Assembly (NCBI GenBank): GCA_035997045.1
Contig: DASYIY010000071.1
Coordinates: 6,358-70,357 of the forward strand
Source of the DNA: Solirubrobacterales bacterium
GTDB taxonomy: Bacteria; Actinomycetota; Thermoleophilia; Solirubrobacterales; 70-9
Direction of reading: 5' to 3'
Length of the DNA stretch: 64,000 nucleotides
Within the stretch, counting starts at the first letter, position 1. Every line of letters begins with the position of its first letter. The translations under genes were made by a program, and so were the position numbers. Shown here piece after piece: positions 36,375 through 46,381 of this stretch. Below the pieces are notes generated by a model. The model did no database searches and was not told the origin of the DNA. It saw only the letters and a program-made list of their open reading frames with translations.

Positions 36375-37445
36375 CTAGGGGGCTGGGGCCAGGCCACCCG
36401 GCGGAGGCGGTGGCGCCAGCGGCGGGTTGGGCGCGAAGGCGGGGAAGACCGGGTGGTGGAGGGCGTCACTGAGCGCCGCCAGGCTGGCTGGGTAGTTCTG
36501 GATCCGGTAGGCGCTGGTCGAGCCGAAGTCCTGGTAGTAGACGAGCATCTTGCAGCGCGGGTGGCGCCGCACCCAGATCATCAGGCGTTCTATGTATGCG
36601 GGGTCGTCGCCGACCGAGACGCCGAACTCGGGGATCGAGAACGGCTTGGTGGAGAAGCGGTTGTAGAGGCCGGTCAGCGCTTTCCAGTCCTGGTTGTCGG
36701 CGTAGAAGTCGGTGCCGACCCAGTCGACGTATTCGTCGCCGGGGTAGAAGTGCTTGGGACGGTTCTGCGGGACCGTCGGCGAGCCTGCCGGGAGCGTGCT
36801 CCAGATCACCGCGACCGGGGCCTTCGGCAGCCCGCCGATTTCGCTTTTCAGCGGCGGCAGCCCGGCTTCGCCGAGTCGGGCATCGATCTGCGTCCGCTTA
36901 CCGCCTCCGTGCAGGACGAGGTAAATCCGGCGGAAGGCCTGCCGGTACCAGCGCGGCTTGTGGGCGGCGTCGCGGAGGTTGCCGTCGCAGTCGTAGGAGG
37001 CGTAGACGTTGAGACAGCGGTTCGGCTCACCCAGGGGCCGGATGTAGGCGGGCATTTTCTTCGACCAGAAGAGCGCGTTGAGGCGGATCAGGTAGTCGTC
37101 GCCGTAGCCCTGGGCGATCGCCCGCGGGTCGATCAGCTCGTGCCCGTCGGTCGGGTCGGCGGTGGTGATGTGCAGCACCGGGCGGGCCCGCGCCGCCTGC
37201 CAGCGTTCGATCGACTCGGGAAAGTCCGAGCCCCAGGTGCGGAAGCTCTCGATCAGCGCTGGGTGCTTGTTCAGCGCTGCGCTGAAGTGGCCGAAGTCGG
37301 CCGAATCGCCGGTGTCGCTGACGCCGAAGAAGACCTTTTTGCCGCGCGGCAGCAGCGCGCCGGCTTCGGCGCAGGGGGCCACGGCCAGGCCGAGCAGGGC
37401 CACGGCGAGGACGATCGGGGCGGTTCGCTTTGCGATCGGGCGCAT
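36375..37445 (-). CDS. Secreted glycoside hydrolase family 26-like protein
   Basis: Signal peptide. YPGDEYVDWVGTDFY and FSIPEFGV resemble GH26 motifs. Confidence 0.5.
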   Translation of the reverse strand: MRPIAKRTAPIVLAVALLGLAVAPCAEAGALLPRGKKVFFGVSDTGDSADFGHFSAALNKHPALIESFRTWGSDFPESIERWQAARARPVLHITTADPTDGHELIDPRAIAQGYGDDYLIRLNALFWSKKMPAYIRPLGEPNRCLNVYASYDCDGNLRDAAHKPRWYRQAFRRIYLVLHGGGKRTQIDARLGEAGLPPLKSEIGGLPKAPVAVIWSTLPAGSPTVPQNRPKHFYPGDEYVDWVGTDFYADNQDWKALTGLYNRFSTKPFSIPEFGVSVGDDPAYIERLMIWVRRHPRCKMLVYYQDFGSTSAYRIQNYPASLAALSDALHHPVFPAFAPNPPLAPPPPPGGLAPAP

Positions 37446-37557
37446 CCGAGCTCATTCGACCGGGTGGGGACCTGTCCCTCCCCGCTGGCGGGCCTGGAGT
37501 CGGAGGTGTTAGTTGACATCCGGCCCGTCAGCGGGGGAGAACGTGTGGCTGTAACAC

Positions 37558-38535
37558 TTGCCGCCGGTGATCGATCCGGTCAAACGCTGGCGCCAGCATG
37601 GAGAGAAGCCCGACTTCGCCGGGCTACTCAGCTTTGCCGGCGTGCCCTACACCGAGGACGCCGCCGAGCTGGCCGGAGCCGACGTGGCGATCGTCGGCGC
37701 CCCGACCGACGACCTGGTCTCGGACCGCCCCGGCGCGCGCTTCGGGCCGCGGGCGATCCGCGCCGCAAGCTGTCCGCCGGGCCGCCACCTCGAGGTCGGG
37801 GCGGACGGCTTTGCCGAGCTGCGCGTTCTCGACTACGGCGACGCGCCGGTGCTGCCCGCCGACCCGGCAGCGACTCACGCGGCGATCGAGCGCACGGTCG
37901 GCGAGGCGCTCGAGGCCGGCGCGATCCCGATCGTCCTCGGCGGCGACCACGGCATCGCCGAGCCCGACATCCGCGCCTGCGCAGGGCGCCACGGCCCGCT
38001 CGGCCTGATCCACTTCGACGCCCACACCGATACCGGCAGCGAGGTCTTCGGCGTCGAGGTATCGCACGGCACGCCGATGCGCCGCCTGGTCGAGCAGGGG
38101 CACGTCGACCCCCGCCGTTACGTGCAGCTGGGCCTGCGTGGCTACTGGCCGGGCGAGGCCGAGTTCGCCTGGCAGGCCGAGCACGGCATCGTCAGCCTCT
38201 TCATGCACGAGCTTCGCGACTTCGGCATCGAGGAGGGGGTGGACCGTGCGGTGGCGGCGGTGGGCGAGGGGCCGGTTTTCCTCTCGGTCGACATCGACGT
38301 CCTCGACCCGGCCTTCGCCCCCGGCACCGGCACTCCCGAGCCGGGCGGGATGACGAGCGCCGACCTGCTCTGGGCCTGCCGTGAGCTGGCCAACCGGCTC
38401 GACCTGGTCGGTGCCGAGCTGGTCGAGGTAATCCCGACCGCGGTCGGCTCAGCCGACGTCACCGCGCTCGTCGCCGATCGCGTCGTGCGCGAGATCGTCA
38501 CCGGCATCGCTCTGCGGCGCCGTTCAGGCGGCTGA
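37558..38535 (+). CDS. speB: Agmatinase / arginase-family ureohydrolase
   Basis: GGDHGIA, HFDAHTDT, SVDIDVLDPAFAPGTGTPEPGG. TTG start. Confidence 0.8.
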   Translation: MPPVIDPVKRWRQHGEKPDFAGLLSFAGVPYTEDAAELAGADVAIVGAPTDDLVSDRPGARFGPRAIRAASCPPGRHLEVGADGFAELRVLDYGDAPVLPADPAATHAAIERTVGEALEAGAIPIVLGGDHGIAEPDIRACAGRHGPLGLIHFDAHTDTGSEVFGVEVSHGTPMRRLVEQGHVDPRRYVQLGLRGYWPGEAEFAWQAEHGIVSLFMHELRDFGIEEGVDRAVAAVGEGPVFLSVDIDVLDPAFAPGTGTPEPGGMTSADLLWACRELANRLDLVGAELVEVIPTAVGSADVTALVADRVVREIVTGIALRRRSGG

Positions 38536-40089
38536 CTCGAGCGCCGCGCCGTCGCGCGGGTGCGCGGCGATCAGGGCGAGGACCTCGGGCGCGAATTTGG
38601 CGATGAAGCTGGGCCCGATGCCGCGGATCGCGCCGAGGCTCGCCTCGTCGCGCGGGCGCGTTGCGGCAATTGCTGCCAGCGTCGTGTTGTGGGCGATCGT
38701 GTAGGCGGGCTTGCCGTCGGCCGCGCGCAGGCGCCACGCCTTCAACTGGTCGAAGAGCACGCCGTCGGCCTCCGAGAGCTCGGCCGGCGGAGACGCCGCG
38801 GCCTTGGCCCGTTTCGGCGCCCGCACGACGATCGCCTCCGGATCCGGCAGCCAGCTCTGTGCGTCGCAGACGTCGCAGCAGCGGCCCAGCGGCCGGCCCG
38901 CCTCGCGGTCGCCGAAGTGGTCGAGGATGCTGCGGCGCCGGCAGCGATCCCCGTAGATGAAGGACTTGATCGTGCGGTAGTCGCGCCAGCCGCGCTCGCG
39001 GGCGATCGCCAGTTCGGGATCGCGCTGTTCGATGAAGCGGACCAGGCGCCCGAGGTCAGCCTTCATCGCCAGCATCACGGCCTTCGCCGGCAACCCGTCG
39101 CGCCCGCCTCTACCGGCCTCCTGGTAATAGGCCTCGAGGCTGGTCGGGATCGCCATGTGCCAGACCGAGCGCACGTTGGCCTTGTCTACGCCCATGCCGA
39201 AAGCGTTGGTGGCGACGATCACTTCCGCCTCCTCGGCCATGAAGCGGCGCTGGGTCGCGGTGCGCTCCTCGGCCTCCTTGCCGGCGTGGTAGCCGAGCGC
39301 GCGCAGGCCGGAGTCGCGCAGCGACTGCGCCACCTCGTCGGTGTCGCGCCGGGTGCCGCAATAGACGATCGCCGGCCGGTTCTCCGGGTCGGCGAGCCCC
39401 GCTTCGAGCAGCGCCAGCCGCCGCGCCTTCGAGCCCTTGCCCTCGAGCTGGACGACGTCGAAGGAGAGGTTGGGGCGGTCGAAGCCGGAGCGCACCTGCA
39501 GCGGTTTGCGCAGGCCGAAGCGCGAGACGATCTCCGCCGCTACGGCCTTGGTTGCCGTCGCCGTGCAGGCCATCACCGGCGGCCGTCCCAGTCGCTCGGC
39601 GATTTCGGGCAGGCGCAGGTAGTCGGGGCGGAAGTCGTGACCCCACTCCGAGACGCAGTGCGCCTCGTCGACCGCCATCAGGTCGATTCGCCGCTGCGCC
39701 AGTGCATCGAGGAAGACGTTCGAGGCGAAGCGCTCCGGCGAGCAGTAGACGATTCGCGCCGCGCCGCTGCGGACCTGGTCGAGCGCGGCTCGCGCCGCTT
39801 CGGGGCTCATCCCCGAAGAGATCATCGCCACCGGGTGCCCGGCGGCGATCAGCCGCCGCCACTGATCGTTCATCAGCGCGATCAGCGGCGAGACCACGAT
39901 CGTCAAATCCTCGCTCGCCAGCCCCGGCAGCTGGTAGCAGAGGCTCTTCCCGCCGCCGGTCGGCATCACGATCAGCGAGTCCCGGCCCTCGAGCCCAGCC
40001 TCGACCGCCTCCTTCTGCCCGGGCCGCCAGCTCTCGAAGCCAAGCTCTCCGAGAAGCTGGTCGGCCCTGTCTGCTGCGACGACGGTCAT
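38524..40089 (-). CDS. recQ: ATP-dependent DNA helicase RecQ
   Basis: FRPGQKEAV, MPTGGGKSLCYQLP, AVDEAHCVSEWGHDFRPDY, ATNAFGMGVDK, QEAGRGGRDG, C-terminal HRDC-like region. The start is set to ATG 40089. Confidence 0.9.
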   Translation of the reverse strand: MTVVAADRADQLLGELGFESWRPGQKEAVEAGLEGRDSLIVMPTGGGKSLCYQLPGLASEDLTIVVSPLIALMNDQWRRLIAAGHPVAMISSGMSPEAARAALDQVRSGAARIVYCSPERFASNVFLDALAQRRIDLMAVDEAHCVSEWGHDFRPDYLRLPEIAERLGRPPVMACTATATKAVAAEIVSRFGLRKPLQVRSGFDRPNLSFDVVQLEGKGSKARRLALLEAGLADPENRPAIVYCGTRRDTDEVAQSLRDSGLRALGYHAGKEAEERTATQRRFMAEEAEVIVATNAFGMGVDKANVRSVWHMAIPTSLEAYYQEAGRGGRDGLPAKAVMLAMKADLGRLVRFIEQRDPELAIARERGWRDYRTIKSFIYGDRCRRRSILDHFGDREAGRPLGRCCDVCDAQSWLPDPEAIVVRAPKRAKAAASPPAELSEADGVLFDQLKAWRLRAADGKPAYTIAHNTTLAAIAATRPRDEASLGAIRGIGPSFIAKFAPEVLALIAAHPRDGAALESAA

Positions 40090-40108
40090 CGCGGTCAGGC
40101 TATGGGGT

Positions 40109-40860
40109 TCATCCGACGATCTGGGCCGGCACCTGTGACAACTCTTCCGCAAGAGCGTCAATTTCCTGCGCCAGCTTGCGGGTGTCGGCCTTGCTCAGTT
40201 CGGTGTAGGAGACGAAGCCGTCGCCGCGCCGGTAGGGCTTGAGCGAGGCGTAGACGTCTTCGAAGCCCGCTTCGATTTCCTTCGCCCGCTTCGGGTCCTT
40301 TTCGCTGAGCAGCGGCTCGACCGCTCGAATGCCGCCTCGACCCCTTCGAGGTTGGCCTCGAAGCCGACCAGGTCGATGTGCGAGTAGCGCTCCTCCTCGC
40401 CGACCTTCTCCTGCAGTTCTTCGACGTCGGCAAGGAGCTGTTCGGCAATCGGCTTCCCATCGGTTGTGTTTTCCACCCAAAGAGCTTTTCTCAATCCTGT
40501 GAAATCCGCCGAATTTATTCGGCGGAATGTCATTGGTGCGAGCGTCGAGCGGGGGTCGAGGTCGCCGAAGGACTCCGCCACCGGTTCGATTCGCTCGTAG
40601 GGAATGCGAGCGGCCGCGTAGAGGGATTTAGCCTCGTCGACTTCTCCGATTCGACCGCGGTCACGAACGGCTCGGTCGCTGCGGTCAGCTCAGCCGTCTT
40701 CTTCTGAGCCGCCATTGCAGCGCGGGGTGTATTCGCCCTCCTCCAGGGTCAGCGAGAAACTGCCGGAGAGGCCGTCGGAGAGGTTCTCGACCTCACCCAG
40801 GATCGTTTCCCGATTAGGGGCCCCAAAAATAGCACCGGCCTCGGGATTGCGATTCTCAGC
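40109..40860 (-). pseudogene. efeO: Decayed efeO (cupredoxin plus imelysin/M75-like iron-uptake component): 5'-truncated with at least 5 frameshifts
   Basis: Pieces lie in three frames: ...ILGEVENLSDGLSGSFSLTLEEGEYTPRC (cupredoxin), KKTAELTAATEPFVTAVE, GEVDEAKSLYAAARIPYERIEPVAESFGDLDP, LDARTNDIPPNKFGGFHRIEK, ALWVENTTDG...EANLEGVEAAFE, AVEPLLSEKDPKRAKEIEAGFEDVYASLKPYR... Confidence 0.75.
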
Positions 40861-40866
40861 GCCGGG

Positions 40867-42270
40867 CTATGGCAGCCAGGGCTCGTGCCACTGGGTGATA
40901 CCGCGAGTCAGCTCCTCCGCCTCGGGCGGGCCCCAGGTTCCGGGCTCATAGGGACGCACCTGCCCTGGTTCTTCGAGCAGCGGCTCGACGACTCGCCAGG
41001 TCTCCTCGACCGTGTCCTGGCGGGTGAAGAGCGTGTGGCGACCGGCGATCGCGTCGCCGAGCAGCCGCTCGTATGGCTCCGGCTCCTCGCCGGGGACCTT
41101 TTCGAAGAGGACTTCCATGTCGGCCGGCTCGAAAGCCTCCTCCCCCGCCCGCTTGGCGAAGAGGCGCATGCGAGCGCCAGGCTCAGGCTCGATCCGCACC
41201 GTCATCCGGTTCGGATCCGGCCGCTTGCCGCCGCCGACGCCGAGCGGCGGCGGTCGCTTGAAGACGACGCTGACCTCGCTCGACTTGGCCGGCATGCACT
41301 TGCCGGCGCGGATGAAGAAGGGCACGCCGTGCCAGCGCCAGTTGTCGACGGCCAGCTCGACCGCGGCGAAGGTCTCGGTGGTCGAATCGGGCGCCACGTC
41401 CTTGACGTCGAGGAAGCCCTTGTACTGGCCGCGTACGTATTTCTTTGGGTCGGCGGTGCGCATCGCCTTGAAGAATTCGAGCTTCTTGTCGCGGATCGAG
41501 TCGTGGTGGTTGCCGGTCGGAGGCCCCATCCCGACCAGCGCCAGCACCTGCAGGGCGTGGTTCTGGATCACGTCGCGCATCGCCCCGACCGCGTCGTAAA
41601 AGCGGCCGCGATCGTCGACGCCGAAGTCCTCGGCGATCGTCATCTGCACGTGGGAGACGTGCTGGCGGTTCCAGACCGGCTCCAGCACCGCGTTGGCGAA
41701 GCGCAGATAGGTGATGTCCATCACCGGCTCCTTGCCGAGGTAATGGTCGATGCGCAGGATCTGCTTCTCGTCGAGCACTTCGCAGAGTTCGGCATTGAGC
41801 GCCCGCGCCGACTCGAGGTCGTGGCCGAACGGCTTCTCGATCACGACGTGTGCGTTCTCGGTCAAGCCCGCGTCGCCGAGTCCGTGGACCACGGTGGCGA
41901 ACAGCGAAGGGGGGATCTCAAGGTAGAAGACCGGTCGCTTGGCGTCGCCGATCGCTTCGGCGACGCGCTTGAAGGTCTCGGCGTCGGCATAGTCGCCCTG
42001 GACGTAGGAGAGACGGGCCGCGAGGCGGCTGAAGACGTCTTCGTCGGGGCTGCTGACGCTCCCCGCGATCGAGTCGTGGGCGTGCTTGCGCAGCTGCTCG
42101 CTGTCCCAGTCGTCGATCGCCACGCCGACGATCGGGCAGTCGAGCTTGCCGGCGGCCTCCAACCGGTAGAGCGCCCGGAAGGTCATCTTCTTCGCCAAGT
42201 CGCCGCTGATCCCGAAGATCGTCAGCACGTCGGCGGGCGCGTCGGAGTGTTTGGCGTCGGCCTTGGCCAT
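40867..42270 (-). CDS. zwf: Glucose-6-phosphate dehydrogenase
   Basis: FGISGDLAKKMTF, EKPFGHDL and RIDHYLGKE motifs. Confidence 0.92.
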   Translation of the reverse strand: MAKADAKHSDAPADVLTIFGISGDLAKKMTFRALYRLEAAGKLDCPIVGVAIDDWDSEQLRKHAHDSIAGSVSSPDEDVFSRLAARLSYVQGDYADAETFKRVAEAIGDAKRPVFYLEIPPSLFATVVHGLGDAGLTENAHVVIEKPFGHDLESARALNAELCEVLDEKQILRIDHYLGKEPVMDITYLRFANAVLEPVWNRQHVSHVQMTIAEDFGVDDRGRFYDAVGAMRDVIQNHALQVLALVGMGPPTGNHHDSIRDKKLEFFKAMRTADPKKYVRGQYKGFLDVKDVAPDSTTETFAAVELAVDNWRWHGVPFFIRAGKCMPAKSSEVSVVFKRPPPLGVGGGKRPDPNRMTVRIEPEPGARMRLFAKRAGEEAFEPADMEVLFEKVPGEEPEPYERLLGDAIAGRHTLFTRQDTVEETWRVVEPLLEEPGQVRPYEPGTWGPPEAEELTRGITQWHEPWLP

Positions 42271-42339
42271 TCGTCCGCCAGGCTACCCGTTGGCCGTGCG
42301 GCGGCCACATCGGCGGTCCTCCTCGCATAGGGTTAGGCA

Positions 42340-43356
42340 ATGGAGCTGGGAATGGTCGGGCTCGGTCGAATGGGCGCCAACATGGCGCGGAGGTTGATGC
42401 GCGACGGCCACCGCTGCGTTGTCTACGACGTCAACGCGGACGCGGTCTCGGCCCTAGCTGCCGAGGGCGCAGAGGGAGCCTCCTCGCTGCAGGACCTGGC
42501 CTCGAAGCTGAGCGCGCCGCGCTCGGTCTGGGTGATGGTCCCGGCGGGTGAGATCACCGAGAAGACGGTCGAGGACGTCGCCGCCGTGCTCGACTCCGGC
42601 GACGCGATCGTCGATGGCGGCAACTCCTATTACCGCGATGACATCCGCCGCGCCGCCAAGGTCGGCGAGCAGGGGATCGACTACGTCGACTGCGGCACCA
42701 GCGGCGGCGTCTTCGGTCTCGACCGCGGCTACTGCCTGATGATCGGTGGGCCGGATGGGGCCGTCGAGCGACTCGACCCGGTCTTCGCTTCGCTGGCGCC
42801 GGGGGTCGAGTCGGCGGAGCGCACCCCGGGCCGCTCGGGCGAGGCCTCGCCCTCGGAGAACGGCTACCTGCACTGCGGCCCCAACGGCGCCGGGCACTTC
42901 GTGAAGATGGTCCACAACGGGATCGAGTACGGGATCATGGCCGCCTACGCCGAGGGCCTCAACATCCTCAAGAACGCCAACGCCGGCAAGGTGCAGCGCG
43001 AGGCCGATGCCGAGACCGCGCCGCTCGAGCAGCCCGAGTACTACCAGTACGACCTCGACCTTCCCGAGGTGACCGAGGTCTGGCGCCGCGGCAGCGTGGT
43101 CGGTTCCTGGCTGCTCGACCTGACCGCCGCCTCGATGCAGGAATCCCCCGACCTCTCCGACTTCGCCGGGCGCGTCTCGGATTCCGGCGAGGGACGCTGG
43201 ACTTCGATTGCGGCGATCGACGAGGGCGTGCCCGCGCCGGTCCTCACCACCGCGCTCTACGAGCGCTTTTCCTCGCGCGGCCTCGACGACTTCGCCGACA
43301 AGGTGCTCTCGGCGATGCGCAAGCAGTTCGGCGGCCACGACGAGAAGCCGTCCTAG
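42340..43356 (+). CDS. gnd: 6-phosphogluconate dehydrogenase, decarboxylating (short GntZ/YqeC-like form)
   Basis: MVGLGRMGANMARRL, GGNSYY, GTSGG, GAGHFVKMVHNGIEYG. Confidence 0.88.
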   Translation: MELGMVGLGRMGANMARRLMRDGHRCVVYDVNADAVSALAAEGAEGASSLQDLASKLSAPRSVWVMVPAGEITEKTVEDVAAVLDSGDAIVDGGNSYYRDDIRRAAKVGEQGIDYVDCGTSGGVFGLDRGYCLMIGGPDGAVERLDPVFASLAPGVESAERTPGRSGEASPSENGYLHCGPNGAGHFVKMVHNGIEYGIMAAYAEGLNILKNANAGKVQREADAETAPLEQPEYYQYDLDLPEVTEVWRRGSVVGSWLLDLTAASMQESPDLSDFAGRVSDSGEGRWTSIAAIDEGVPAPVLTTALYERFSSRGLDDFADKVLSAMRKQFGGHDEKPS

Positions 43357-43368
43357 GGGGACGCAGCC

Positions 43369-44037
43369 ATGGCGCTCGATCTCGAGGTCGTCGGCGACGA
43401 AAAGGCGGCGGCGCGGCGCGCTGCCGAGCTGATCGCCGCGTCGGGCAAGGCCGCCGTGGCCGAGCACAACACCTTCTCGCTGGCGATGAGCGGCGGACGC
43501 AGCCCCTGGGCGATGCTGGCGATCCTCGGCGAATTAGAGGAGATGCCCTGGGCCGAGACCGAGCTCTTCCAGGTCGACGAGCGGATCGCTTCGCCCGGCA
43601 GCGAGGACCGCAACCTCACCCACATGGTTCTAGGCCTCTCGATGGACCACCAGGCGATGCTGCGCCCGATGCCGGTCACCCAGCGCGACCTCGAGGGCGC
43701 CGCCCGCGACTACGAAAACACCCTCCCGGATCCGCTCGACTGCGTCCACCTCGGCCTCGGCCCCGACGGCCACACGGCGTCGCTGGTCCCCGGCGACCCG
43801 GTCCTGGAGGCGACCGATCGCCGCGTCGCCCTCACCGAGACCGCCTACCAGGGCCATCCGCGCATGACTCTCACCTACCCGGCCCTCGCCACGGCCGGCA
43901 AAATCGTCTGGCTGATCACCGGCCCCGACAAGGTCGAGGCGCTGGCAAAGCTCCAGGCTGGGGATACCTCGATTCCAGCCGGCCGGGTCAAGAACGACGA
44001 CATGATCATCGTCGCCGACGAAGCAGCCGCGCCGTAG
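43369..44037 (+). CDS. pgl: 6-phosphogluconolactonase
   Basis: FSLAMSGGRSP, LFQVDER, LGLGPDGHTASL. Confidence 0.85.
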   Translation: MALDLEVVGDEKAAARRAAELIAASGKAAVAEHNTFSLAMSGGRSPWAMLAILGELEEMPWAETELFQVDERIASPGSEDRNLTHMVLGLSMDHQAMLRPMPVTQRDLEGAARDYENTLPDPLDCVHLGLGPDGHTASLVPGDPVLEATDRRVALTETAYQGHPRMTLTYPALATAGKIVWLITGPDKVEALAKLQAGDTSIPAGRVKNDDMIIVADEAAAP

Positions 44038-44111
44038 GCCAAAAGGATTTGCCGCGCCGCGGCAGATGCGGCGCGAGACGGTTTGTTAGCGGATTCGCTA
44101 ACATCAGCTAC

Positions 44112-44435
44112 ATGTCGGTAGCAAGAACCCCACTTGCAGAGCAAATCCGGGTGCAGAGTGGACTGAGCCAGGCTGAGTTGGCGCGCCGGGCAGGCCTGCC
44201 TCGTTCCGTGGTCAATGCCTACGTCAAAGGCACGCGCGAGCCGGGGGTGGAGACGTTTTCCCGGCTTGCGGCGGCGGGCGGGTTGGAGCTGAGGCTCGAT
44301 CGCCGAAAGCCACCGGTTGACGCCGATCGCGCCGGTCGGCTGCTGGTGCAGGTGCTCGAGCTGGCGGAGGCTCTGCCCTTCAGGCCACGGGCCGACCTTG
44401 ACTATCCGCACCTCGCCGATCGCTTGGCAGCTTGA
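44112..44435 (+). CDS. XRE-type helix-turn-helix protein (candidate antitoxin)
   Basis: LAEQIRVQSGLSQAELARRAGLPRSVVNAYVKGTREP. The stop overlaps the next start (TTGA). Confidence 0.6.
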   Translation: MSVARTPLAEQIRVQSGLSQAELARRAGLPRSVVNAYVKGTREPGVETFSRLAAAGGLELRLDRRKPPVDADRAGRLLVQVLELAEALPFRPRADLDYPHLADRLAA

Positions 44436-44992
44436 GCGAGCTGGTCGACAAGCTCCTCGCCATTCACGACTCGCTGAACGAGGCCAGCATTCCCCATGCG
44501 TTCGGCGGCGCGATCGCCTTCGCCTACTGTGTTGAGGAGCCTCGCGGCACACGGGATCTGGACGTGAACATCTTCGTCGACTCCACCAAGGCTGGGCCAA
44601 CGCTTGCCTGTCTGCCCTCCGGCGTCAAGGTGACTGACAATGATGTTGCCAAGGTTGAGCGCGACGGCCAGGCCAGGCTCGATTGGGATGACACGCCCGT
44701 CGACGTCTTTCTCAACAACGTCCCGCTACATCAAGCGGTTGCCTCGGCAATCGTCTGGGTGCCACTCACCGGCCGCGAGATTCCGGTGCTGGACTGCGCC
44801 TCGCTGGCGATCTTCAAGGCATTCTTCGATCGCACCAAGGACTGGGCCGACATGGAGGCGATCGCTCAGGCGACGCCGGAGGACATCGCCGCCGCCGCCG
44901 CGACGATCTCCGAGCTGGTCGGCCCCGATGACCCGGCGGTAAAGCGCCTCGAGAGCCTGATCCCTCTCGATATCGGATCCTCGCGCCAGTAG
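44432..44992 (+). CDS. Minimal nucleotidyltransferase-fold protein (candidate toxin, AbiEii/MNT-like)
   Basis: FGGAIAFAYCVEEPRGTRDLDVNIF matches the pol-beta-type NTase G[GS]...D.D signature. TTG start coupled to the HTH gene. Confidence 0.55.
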   Translation: MSELVDKLLAIHDSLNEASIPHAFGGAIAFAYCVEEPRGTRDLDVNIFVDSTKAGPTLACLPSGVKVTDNDVAKVERDGQARLDWDDTPVDVFLNNVPLHQAVASAIVWVPLTGREIPVLDCASLAIFKAFFDRTKDWADMEAIAQATPEDIAAAAATISELVGPDDPAVKRLESLIPLDIGSSRQ

Positions 44993-44999
44993 CCGCGCG

Positions 45000-46367
45000 C
45001 TAAGCGGTTTCCAGCGATACCGAGTGGTTGGCGACGATCATGCCGTTGGGGTCCCATTTGCGCTTGACCTCGGCGAGGCGGGCGCAGACGTCGGCGGGGA
45101 GGATCGCGTCTGCATCGCAGGGACGCTCGGTGAAGTTGTAGTACGAGCCCTCGCCGGCCCAGGGCTGCATCGTCTGCTCGATCTTCTCCAGGTGCTGGGG
45201 GATCGCCTCGCCCAACTCGGGCGTCATCGGCATGCCGACGCTGTACATGACGAACTCTGTCTCGAGGTGGGTGAGGGCGCCGCCGTCTGGGTCTGGGCGG
45301 CCGAGGGCGCCGCCGAGGTGGCGCAACTCGCTGAGCAGCATTGGGGATCCTGAGCCCGGGCCGGCAACGCTGGCAAAGGCGTCGATCGCCTCGTCGGGCA
45401 GCTCGCGGATCGTCATTCCCTCGCCGATTCCAGGCACCGGGTTCTCGGGGTCCATGTGGATGCGGCAGAGCCCCTCGGCTGGGATCTGGCCCCAGGTGTC
45501 CATAATCGTCTCGCCCAGCTCGCGCAGCGGCGCGACGATCGCCTCGCCCTCGGCCTGGCTGCCGATGCAGGCCCCGTCGATCGTCAGCAGCGGCCGGCCG
45601 CGGATCGGCTCCGGCACATCCGGGATCGGGGGAGGGGTGACGAAGCGGACCACCGAGGTGACGTCGTCGGAGACGCCCGCGGCCCAATCGCGGTAGGCGC
45701 GCACCGCCTCGGCGCCAAGCTCGGCGGGGAAGACGAGGGCGCCGGCGTAGATCTCGGAGATCGGCACCAGGTTGAGATGTAGGGCGACGACGATCGCGTA
45801 GCCGCCGCCACCGCCGCGCAGCGCCCAGAAGAGGTCGGGCTCGTTCTCGGCGTCGACCGTGCGCCGGTCGCCATCCGCGGTGACCAGCTCGATCGCCCGC
45901 ACACGGTTGCAGGCGAAGCCGTAGCGGCGGCCGAGCCAGCTGAGGCCGCCGCCGAGCGTGTAGCCGGTCACGCCGACGTCGGGGGAGGAGCCCGGCATCG
46001 AGCTCAGCCCGTGTGCCTGCGCGGCGCTGCTCAGCTCAGCGACCAGCACGCCGGCCTCGACCCGGGCGCTCTGCGCCTCGGGGTCGACCTCGATCCCACG
46101 CATTCGCTCGGTCTTGACCAGGATCGCCCCCTCGAGCGAGCTCGCCAGCCCGAAGGCTCCGTGCCCGGTTCCTTGGCCGGCCACCCTGAGCCCGTTCTCG
46201 GCGGCGAAGCGAATCGTCTTGGCGATGTCGTCGCCGCTCTCTACGAAGGCGACCGCCTCGGGCCTTTGATCGGCGGCGAGGTTCCAGGCGAGGCGCGCCT
46301 CGTCCCAGTCGGCGTCGGTCGGGGTGGCGAGGCGGCCGGCGATCGCCAGCCCGGTGAAGTCGCTCAT
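45000..46367 (-). CDS. FAD-binding oxidoreductase (FAD_binding_4 plus BBE-like C-terminus)
   Basis: RVAGQGTGHG, PDVGVTGYTLGGGLSWLGRRYG, and a C-terminal KRKWDPNGMIVANHSV (BBE-like). Confidence 0.75.
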   Translation of the reverse strand: MSDFTGLAIAGRLATPTDADWDEARLAWNLAADQRPEAVAFVESGDDIAKTIRFAAENGLRVAGQGTGHGAFGLASSLEGAILVKTERMRGIEVDPEAQSARVEAGVLVAELSSAAQAHGLSSMPGSSPDVGVTGYTLGGGLSWLGRRYGFACNRVRAIELVTADGDRRTVDAENEPDLFWALRGGGGGYAIVVALHLNLVPISEIYAGALVFPAELGAEAVRAYRDWAAGVSDDVTSVVRFVTPPPIPDVPEPIRGRPLLTIDGACIGSQAEGEAIVAPLRELGETIMDTWGQIPAEGLCRIHMDPENPVPGIGEGMTIRELPDEAIDAFASVAGPGSGSPMLLSELRHLGGALGRPDPDGGALTHLETEFVMYSVGMPMTPELGEAIPQHLEKIEQTMQPWAGEGSYYNFTERPCDADAILPADVCARLAEVKRKWDPNGMIVANHSVSLETA

Positions 46368-46381
46368 CTGGTCTCCTTGGG

